This document shows, piece after piece, positions 54,816 through 64,000 of a stretch of 64,000 bases of DNA. This DNA is from the human T2T-CHM13v2.0 reference genome, Homo sapiens. Every line of letters starts with the position of its first letter. Position 1 is the first letter of the stretch. Under the pieces are notes generated by a model, which saw only the letters and a list, made by a program, of their open reading frames with translations, did no database searches and was not told where the DNA came from. A program made the position numbers and the translations under genes. The DNA lies in NCBI RefSeq assembly GCF_009914755.1, contig NC_060938.1; one strand, given 5' to 3'.

Positions 54816-57800
54816 GAAGTTTCTGAGAATGCTTCTGTCGAGATTTTATATGAAGATATTCCCGTTTCCAACGAAATGCTGAAATCTATCCAAATATCCC
54901 CTCGCAGATTCGACAAAAAGAGTGTTTCAAAACTGCTCTGTGAAAAGAAAGGTTCAACTCTGTTAGTTGAGTACACACATCACAAACAAGTTTCACAGAA
55001 TGCTTCTTTCTAGCTTGTAGGGGAAGATATTCCCTTTATCACCATGGGCCTCCAACCGTCCGAAACATCCACTTCCACATACTACAAAAAGAGCGTTTCA
55101 AACCTGCTCTATGAAAGGCAATGTTCAACTCTGTGACTTGAATGCAGACATCACAGAGCAGTTTCTGAGAATGCTTCTGTCTAGATTTTATAGGAAGATA
55201 TTCCCGTTTCCAACGAAATCTTCACAGCTATCCAAATATCCACTTGCAGATTCTACAAAAAGAGTGTATCAAAACTGCTCTGTCAAAAGGAAGGTTCTTC
55301 TCTGTTAGGTGAGTGCATACGTCATAAAGGAGTTTCTGAGAATGTTTCTGTCTAGTGGTTATGGGAAGATATTTGCTTTTTCACCGTAGGCCTCAGAGCG
55401 CTCCAAATATCCACTTGCACATACTACAAAAAGAGTGCTTCAAAGCTGCTCTCTGAAACGGAATGTTCAACTCTATGAGTTGAATGCAAACATCACAAAG
55501 ACGTTTCTGAGAATGCTTCTGTCTAGATTTGATATGAAGATATTCCCGTTTCCAACGAAATCTTCAAATCTATCCAAATGTCCACTTGCAGATTCAACAA
55601 AAAGTGTTTTTCAGAACTGCTCTATCAAAAGAAAGATCCACCTCTGTTAGCTGAGTTCACACATCACAAACAAGTTTATGAGAATGCTTCTGTCTAGTTT
55701 TTATTTGAAGATATTTCCTTTCTCACCATAGAGCTGAAAGCTGTCCTAATGTTCACTTCCAGATACTACAGAAAGAGTGTTTCAAAACTGCTGTACGAAA
55801 GGGAATGTTCAACTCTGTGACTTGAATGCACACATCACAAAGAAGTTTCTGAGGATGCTGCTGTCTACTTTTTATACGTAATCCCGTTTCCAACGAAATC
55901 CTCCAAGCTATCCAAATATCCACTTGCAGATTCCACAGAAAGACTGTTTCAAAACTGCTCTGTCAATAGAAAGGTTCAACTCTGTTAGCTGCGTGCATAT
56001 ATCCCAAAGAAGATTCTGAGATTGCTTCTGTCTAGTTTTTATGGGAAGATATTTCCCTTTTCACCGTAGGCGTCAAGGCGCTCCAAATGTCCACTTCCAG
56101 ATACTACAAAAAGAGTGTTTCAAACCTACTCTGTGAAAGGGAATATTCAACTCTGTGACTTGAATGCACATATCACAAGGAAGTTTCTGAGAATGCTTCT
56201 GTCGAGATTTTATATGAAGATATTCCCGTTTCCAACGAAATCCTGAAATGTATCCAAATATCCCCTTGCAGATTCTACAAAAAGAGTGTTTCAAAACTGC
56301 TCTGTAAAAAGAAAGGTTCAACTCTGTTAGTTGAGTACACACATCACAAACAAGTTTCACACAATGCTTCTTTCTAGCTTGTAGGGGAAGATATTCCCTT
56401 TATCACCATGGGCCTCAAACCGTCCGATAAGTCCACTTCCATATACTACAAAAAGAGCGTTTCAAACCTGCTCTATGAAAGGCAATGTTCAACTCTGTGA
56501 CTTGAATGCAGACATCACAGAGCAGTTTCTGAGAATGCTTCTGTCTAGATTTTATAGGAAGATATTCCCGTTTCCAACGAAATCTTCACAGCTATCCAAA
56601 TATCCACTTGCAGATTCTACAAAAAGAGTGTATCAAAACTGCTCTGTCAAAAGGAAGGTTCTTCTCTGTTAGGTGAGTGCATACGTCATAAAGGAGTTTC
56701 TGAGAATGTTTCTGTCTAGTGGTTATGGGAAGATATTTGCTTTTTCACCGTAGGCCTCAGAGCGCTCCAAATATCCACTTGCACATACTACAAAAAGAGT
56801 GCCTCAAAGCTGCTCTCTGAAACGGAATGTTCAACTCTATGAGTTGAATGCAAACATCGCAAAGACGTTTCTGAGAATGCTTCTGTCTAGATTTGATATG
56901 AAGATATTCCCGTTTCCAACGAAATGTTCAAATCTATCCAATTGTCCACTTGCAGATTCAACAAAAAGTGTTTTTCAGAACTGCTCTATCAAAAGAAAGA
57001 TCCACCTCTGTTAGCTGAGTTCACACATCACAAACAAGTTTATGAGAATGCTTCTGTCTAGTTTTTATTTGAAGATATTTCCTTTCTCACCATAGAGCTG
57101 AAAGCTGTCCTAATGTTCACTTCCAGATACTACAGAAAGAGTGTTTCAAAACTGCTGTACGAAAGGGAATGTTCAACTCTGTGACTTGAATGCACACATC
57201 ACAAAGAAGTTTCTGAGGATGCTGCTGTCTACTTTTTATACGTAATCCCGTTTCCAACGAAATCCTCCAAGCTATCCAAATATCCACTTGCAGATTCCAC
57301 AGAAAGACTGTTTCAAAACTGCTCTGTCAATAGAAAGGTTCAACTCTGCTAGCTGCGTGCATATATCCCAAAGAAGATTCTGAGATTGCTTCTGTCTAGT
57401 TTTTATGGGAAGATATTTCCCTTTTCACCGTAGGCGTCAAGGCGCTCCAAATGTCCACTTCCAGATACTACAAAAAGAGTGTTTCAAACCTACTCTGTGA
57501 AAGGGAATATTCAACTCTGTGACTTGAATGCACATATCACAAAGAAGTTTCTGAGAATGCTTCTGTCGAGATTTTATATGAAGATATTCCCGTTTCCAAC
57601 GAAATGCTGAAATCTATCCAAATATCCCCTCGCAGATTCTACAAAAAGAGTGTTTCAAAACTGCTCTGTGAAAAGAAAGGTTCAACTCTGTTAGTTGAGT
57701 ACACACATCACAAACAAGTTTCACAGAATGCTTCTTTCTAGCTTGTAGGGGAAGATATTCCCTTTATCACCATGGGCCTCCAACCGTCCGAAACATCCAC

Positions 57801-60800
57801 TTCCATATACTACAAAAAGAGCGTTTCAAACCTGCTCTATGAAAGGCAATGTTCAACTCTGTGACTTGAATGCAGACATCACAGAGCAGTTTCTGAGAAT
57901 GCTTCTGTCTAGATTTTATAGGAAGATATTCCCGTTTCCAACGAAATCTTCACAGCTATCCAAATATCCACTTGCAGATTCTACAAAAAGAGTGTATCAA
58001 AACTGCTCTGTCAAAAGGAAGGTTCTTCTCTGTTAGGTGAGTGCATACGTCATAAAGGAGTTTCTGAGAATGTTTCTGTCTAGTGGTTATGGGAAGATAT
58101 TTGCTTTTTCACCGTAGGCCTCAGAGCGCTCCAAATATCCACTTGCACATACTACAAAAAGAGTGCTTCAAAGCTGCTCTCTGAAACGGAATGTTCAACT
58201 CTATGAGTTGAATGCAAACATCACAAAGACGTTTCTGAGAATGCTTCTGTCTAGATTTGATATGAAGATATTCCCGTTTCCAACGAAATCTTCAAATCTA
58301 TCCAAATGTCCACTTGCAGATTCAACAAAAAGTGTTTTTCAGAACTGCTCTATCAAAAGAAAGATCCACCTCTGTTAGCTGAGTTCACACATCACAAACA
58401 AGTTTATGAGAATGCTTCTGTCTAGTTTTTATTTGAAGATATTTCCTTTCTCACCATAGAGCTGAAAGCTGTCCTAATGTTCACTTCCAGATACTACAGA
58501 AAGAGTGTTTCAAAACTGCTGTACGAAAGGGAATGTTCAACTCTGTGACTTGAATGCACACATCACAAAGAAGTTTCTGAGGATGCTGCTGTCTACTTTT
58601 TATACGTAATCCCGTTTCCAACGAAATCCTCCAAGCTATCCAAATATCCACTTGCAGATTCCACAGAAAGACTGTTTCAAAACTGCTCTGTCAATAGAAA
58701 GGTTCAACTCTGTTAGCTGCATGCATATATCCCAAAGAAGATTCTGAGATTGCTTCTGTCTAGTTTTTATGGGAAGATATTTCCCTTTTCACCGTAGGCG
58801 TCAAGGCGCTCCAAATGTCCACTTCCAGATACTACAAAAAGAGTGTTTCAAACCTACTCTGTGAAAGGGAATATTCAACTCTGTGACTTGAATGCACATA
58901 TCACAAGGAAGTTTCTGAGAATGCTTCTGTCGAGATTTTATATGAAGATATTCCCGTTTCCAACGAAATCCTGAAATCTATCCAAATATCCCCTTGCAGA
59001 TTCTACAAAAAGAGTGTTTCAAAACTGCTCTGTAAAAAGAAAGGTTCAACTCTGTTAGTTGAGTACACACATCACAAACAAGTTTCACACAATGCTTCTT
59101 TCTAGCTTGTAGGGGAAGATATTCCCTTTATCACCATGGGCCTCAAACCGTCCGATAAGTCCACTTCCATATACTACAAAAAGAGCGTTTCAAACCTGCT
59201 CTATGAAAGGCAATGTTCAACTCTGTGACTTGAATGCAGACATCACAGAGCAGTTTCTGAGAATGCTTCTGTCTAGATTTTATAGGAAGATATTCCCGTT
59301 TCCAACGAAATCTTCACAGCTATCCAAATATCCACTTGCAGATTCTACAAAAAGAGTGTATCAAAACTGCTCTGTCAAAAGGAAGGTTCTTTTCTGTTAG
59401 GTGAGTGCATACGTCATAAAGGAGTTTCTGAGAATGTTTCTGTCTAGTGGTTATGGGAAGATATTTGCTTTTTCACCGTAGGCCTCAGAGCGCTCCAAAT
59501 ATCCACTTGCACATACTACAAAAAGAGTGCCTCAAAGCTGCTCTCTGAAACGGAATGTTCAACTCTATGAGTTGAATGCAAACATCGCAAAGACGTTTCT
59601 GAGAATGCTTCTGTCTAGATTTGATATGAAGATATTCCCGTTTCCAACGAAATCTTCAAATCTATCCAAATGTCCACTTGCAGATTCAACAAAAAGTGTT
59701 TTTCAGAACTGCTCTATCAAAAGAAAGATCCACCTCTGTTAGCTGAGTTCACACATCACAAACAAGTTTATGAGAATGCTTCTGTCTAGTTTTTATTTGA
59801 AGATATTTCCTTTCTCACCATAGAGCTGAAAGCTGTCCTAATGTTCACTTCCAGATACTACAGAAAGAGTGTTTCAAAACTGCTGTACGAAAGGGAATGT
59901 TCAACTCTGTGACTTGAATGCACACATCACAAAGAAGTTTCTGAGGATGCTGCTGTCTACTTTTTATACGTAATCCCGTTTCCAACGAAATCCTCCAAGC
60001 TATCCAAATATCCACTTGCAGATTCCACAGAAAGACTGTTTCAAAACTGCTCTGTCAATAGAAAGGTTCAACTCTGTTAGCTGCGTGCATATATCCCAAA
60101 GAAGATTCTGAGATTGCTTCTGTCTAGTTTTTATGGGAAGATATTTCCCTTTTCACCGTAGGCGTCAAGGCGCTCCAAATGTCCACTTCCAGATACTACA
60201 AAAAGAGTGTTTCAAACCTACTCTGTGAAAGGGAATATTCAACTCTGTGACTTGAATGCACATATCACAAGGAAGTTTCTGAGAATGCTTCTGTCGAGAT
60301 TTTATATGAAGATATTCCCGTTTCCAACGAAATCCTGAAATGTTTCCAAATATCCCCTTGCAGATTCTACAAAAAGAGTGTTTCAAAACTGCTCTGTAAA
60401 AAGAAAGGTTCAACTCTGTTAGTTGAGTACACACGTCACAAACAAGTTTCACACAATACTTCTTTCTAGCTTGTAGGGGAAGATATTCCCTTTATCACCA
60501 TGGGCCTCAAACCGTCCGATAAGTCCACTTCCATATACTACAAAAAGAGCGTTTCAAACCTGCTCTATGAAAGGCAATGTTCAACTCTGTGACTTGAATG
60601 CAGACATCACAGAGCAGTTTCTGAGAATGCTTCTGTCTAGATTTTATAGGAAGATATTCCCGTTTCCAACGAAATCTTCACAGCTATCCAAATATCCACT
60701 TGCAGATTCTACAAAAAGAGTGTATCAAAACTGCTCTGTCAAAAGGAAGGTTCTTTTCTGTTAGGTGAGTGCATACGTCATAAAGGAGTTTCTGAGAATG

Positions 60801-63800
60801 TTTCTGTCTAGTGGTTATGGGAAGATATTTGCTTTTTCACCGTAGGCCTCAGAGCGCTCCAAATATCCACTTGCACATACTACAAAAAGAGTGCCTCAAA
60901 GCTGCTCTCTGAAACGGAATGTTCAACTCTATGAGTTGAATGCAAACATCGCAAAGACGTTTCTGAGAATGCTTCTGTCTAGATTTGATATGAAGATATT
61001 CCCGTTTCCAACGAAATCTTCAAATCTATCCAAATGTCCACTTGCAGATTCAACAAAAAGTGTTTTTCAGAACTGCTCTATCAAAAGAAAGATCCACCTC
61101 TGTTAGCTGAGTTCACACATCACAAACAAGTTTATGAGAATGCTTCTGTCTAGTTTTTATTTGAAGATATTTCCTTTCTCACCATAGAGCTGAAAGCTGT
61201 CCTAATGTTCACTTCCAGATACTACAGAAAGAGTGTTTCAAAACTGCTGTACGAAAGGGAATGTTCAACTATGTGACTTGAATGCACACATCACAAAGAA
61301 GTTTCTGAGGATGCTGCTGTCTACTTTTTATACGTAATCCCGTTTCCAACGAAATCCTCCAAGCTATCCAAATATCCACTTGCAGATTCCACAGAAAGAC
61401 TGTTTCAAAACTGCTCTGTCAATAGAAAGGTTCAACTCTGTTAGCTGCGTGCATATATCCCAAAGAAGATTCTGAGATTGCTTCTGTCTAGTTTTTATGG
61501 GAAGATATTTCCCTTTTCACCGTAGGCGTCAAGGCGCTCCAAATGTCCACTTCCAGATACTACAAAAAGAGTGTTTCAAACCTACTCTGTGAAAGGGAAT
61601 ATTCAACTCTGTGACTTGAATGCACATATCACAAAGAAGTTTCTGAGAATGCTTCTGTCGAGATTTTATATGAAGATATTCCCGTTTCCAACGAAATGCT
61701 GAAATCTATCCAAATATCCCCTCGCAGATTCTACAAAAAGAGTGTTTCAAAACTGCTCTGTGAAAAGAAAGGTTCAACTCTGTTAGTTGAGTACACACAT
61801 CACAAACAAGTTTCACAGAATGCTTCTTTCTAGCTTGTAGGGGAAGATATTCCCTTTATCACCATGGGCCTCCAACCGTCCGAAACATCCACTTCCATAT
61901 ACTACAAAAAGAGCGTTTCAAACCTGCTCTATGAAAGGCAATGTTCAACTCTGTGACTTGAATGCAGACATCACAGAGCAGTTTCTGAGAATGCTTCTGT
62001 CTAGATTTTATAGGAAGATATTCCCGTTTCCAACGAAATCTTCACAGCTATCCAAATATCCACTTGCAGATTCTACAAAAAGAGTGTATCAAAACTGCTC
62101 TGTCAAAAGGAAGGTTCTTCTCTGTTAGGTGAGTGCATACGTCATAAAGGAGTTTCTGAGAATGTTTCTGTCTAGTGGTTATGGGAAGATATTTGCTTTT
62201 TCACCGTAGGCCTCAGAGCGCTCCAAATATCCACTTGCACATACTACAAAAAGAGTGCTTCAAAGCTGCTCTCTGAAACGGAATGTTCAACTCTATGAGT
62301 TGAATGCAAACATCACAAAGACGTTTCTGAGAATGCTTCTGTCTAGATTTGATATGAAGATATTCCCGTTTCCAACGAAATCTTCAAATCTATCCAAATG
62401 TCCACTTGCAGATTCAACAAAAAGTGTTTTTCAGAACTGCTCTATCAAAAGAAAGATCCACCTCTGTTAGCTGAGTTCACACATCACAAACAAGTTTATG
62501 AGAATGCTTCTGTCTAGTTTTTATTTGAAGATATTTCCTTTCTCACCATAGAGCTGAAAGCTGTCCTAATGTTCACTTCCAGATACTACAGAAAGAGTGT
62601 TTCAAAACTGCTGTACGAAAGGGAATGTTCAACTCTGTGACTTGAATGCACACATCACAAAGAAGTTTCTGAGGATGCTGCTGTCTACTTTTTATACGTA
62701 ATCCCGTTTCCAACGAAATCCTCCAAGCTATCCAAATATCCACTTGCAGATTCCACAGAAAGACTGTTTCAAAACTGCTCTGTCAATAGAAAGGTTCAAC
62801 TCTGTTAGCTGCATGCATATATCCCAAAGAAGATTCTGAGATTGCTTCTGTCTAGTTTTTATGGGAAGATATTTCCCTTTTCACCGTAGGCGTCAAGGCG
62901 CTCCAAATGTCCACTTCCAGATACTACAAAAAGAGTGTTTCAAACCTACTCTGTGAAAGGGAATATTCAACTCTGTGACTTGAATGCACATATCACAAGG
63001 AAGTTTCTGAGAATGCTTCTGTCGAGATTTTATATGAAGATATTCCCGTTTCCAACGAAATCCTGAAATGTATCCAAATATCCCCTTGCAGATTCTACAA
63101 AAAGAGTGTTTCAAAACTGCTCTGTAAAAAGAAAGGTTCAACTCTGTTAGTTGAGTACACACATCACAAACAAGTTTCACACAATGCTTCTTTCTAGCTT
63201 GTAGGGGAAGATATTCCCTTTATCACCATGGTCCTCAAACCGTCCGATAAGTCCACTTCCATATACTACAAAAAGAGCGTTTCAAACCTGCTCTATGAAA
63301 GGCAATGTTCAACTCTGTGACTTGAATGCAGACATCACACAGCAGTTTCTGAGAATGCTTCTGTCTAGATTTTATAGGAAGATATTCCCGTTTCCAACGA
63401 AATCTTCACAGCTATCCAAATATCCACTTGCAGATTCTACAAAAAGAGTGTATCAAAACTGCTCTGTCAAAAGGAAGGTTCTTTTCTGTTAGGTGAGTGC
63501 ATACGTCATAAAGGAGTTTCTGAGAATGTTTCTGTCTAGTGGTTATGGGAAGATATTTGCTTTTTCACCGTAGGCCTCAGAGCGCTCCAAATATCCACTT
63601 GCACATACTACAAAAAGAGTGCCTCAAAGCTGCTCTCTGAAACGGAATGTTCAACTCTATGAGTTGAATGCAAACATCGCAAAGACGTTTCTGAGAATGC
63701 TTCTGTCTAGATTTGATATGAAGATATTCCCGTTTCCAACGAAATGTTCAAATCTATCCAATTGTCCACTTGCAGATTCAACAAAAAGTGTTTTTCAGAA

Positions 63801-64000
63801 CTGCTCTATCAAAAGAAAGATCCACCTCTGTTAGCTGAGTTCACACATCACAAACAAGTTTATGAGAATGCTTCTGTCTAGTTTTTATTTGAAGATATTT
63901 CCTTTCTCACCATAGAGCTGAAAGCTGTCCTAATGTTCACTTCCAGATACTACAGAAAGAGTGTTTCAAAACTGCTGTACGAAAGGGAATGTTCAACTCT

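Larger units (their letters stand above)
1..64000 (-). repeat. Alpha-satellite (alphoid) higher-order-repeat array, 1364-bp 8-mer HOR, ~46.9 tandem copies, highly homogeneous (active-centromere type)
   Basis: Classic alphoid motifs recur every ~171 bp (ttctgagaatgcttctgtctag, ttcaactctgtgacttgaatgca, gtgtttcaaaactgctct). The same ORF start recurs at exactly 551+1364k from 551 to 63295 (k=0..46). Copies differ only by scattered substitutions, about 1% between the most different haplotypes. The CENP-B box reads TTTCGTTGGAAACGGGA on the minus strand. Confidence 0.99.

Noticed and set aside
2877-63180. Intermittent 95-aa minus-strand ORF (MKLVCDVCTQ...), with Cys/His spacing vaguely like a zinc finger
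   Set aside because: It appears only when the SNV at unit position 326 removes a stop codon and it starts at a non-ATG codon. Cys/His richness follows from tgt/cac-rich satellite sequence.
300-63744. Regularly spaced identical 17-bp motif resembling a CRISPR repeat-spacer array
   Set aside because: The motif is the CENP-B box. The intervening ~325 bp are themselves repeated rather than unique spacers, and there are no cas genes.
551-63834. Repeated 65-aa and 71-aa plus-strand ORFs (MKGNVQLCDL..., M[LP]QSCSLKRNV...)
   Set aside because: They are translations of alphoid monomers and resemble each other only because the monomers are homologous. They show no domain, promoter or splice context, and the 71-aa ORF starts at GTG. 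Useful only as variant markers.
1-64000. A previously undescribed biological system or coded message in the A/B haplotype order
   Set aside because: Everything visible is explained by known alpha-satellite turnover (tandem duplication, unequal exchange, conversion). I found no non-alphoid sequence, inversion or mobile element.

Overview
The whole 64 kb is one uninterrupted human-type centromeric alpha-satellite (alphoid) array. It holds about 46.9 head-to-tail copies of a 1364-bp higher-order repeat (HOR) made of 8 monomers (7 x 171 bp + 1 x 167 bp). CENP-B boxes sit in every second monomer and alternate with pJalpha-type boxes. This is the dimeric pattern, and the best fit is the SF2 chromosome 14/22 live 8-mer (D14Z9/D22Z1-like; the chromosome call is an inference). 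The alphoid consensus reads on the minus strand. I found no genes, transposon insertions, inversions or net indels, and the listed ORFs are translations of the satellite. I see no evidence of a new biological system. The real structure lies in the single-base variants: two HOR haplotypes (A/B) that tend to alternate as a 2728-bp super-period, a 10,912-bp (8-HOR) tandem duplication whose junction maps to a ~62-bp interval containing a CENP-B box, several nested 2-HOR duplications, a recombinant mosaic zone at ~15-28.6 kb, and three CENP-B boxes with mutated core bases. Variants were read by eye, so some may have been missed.
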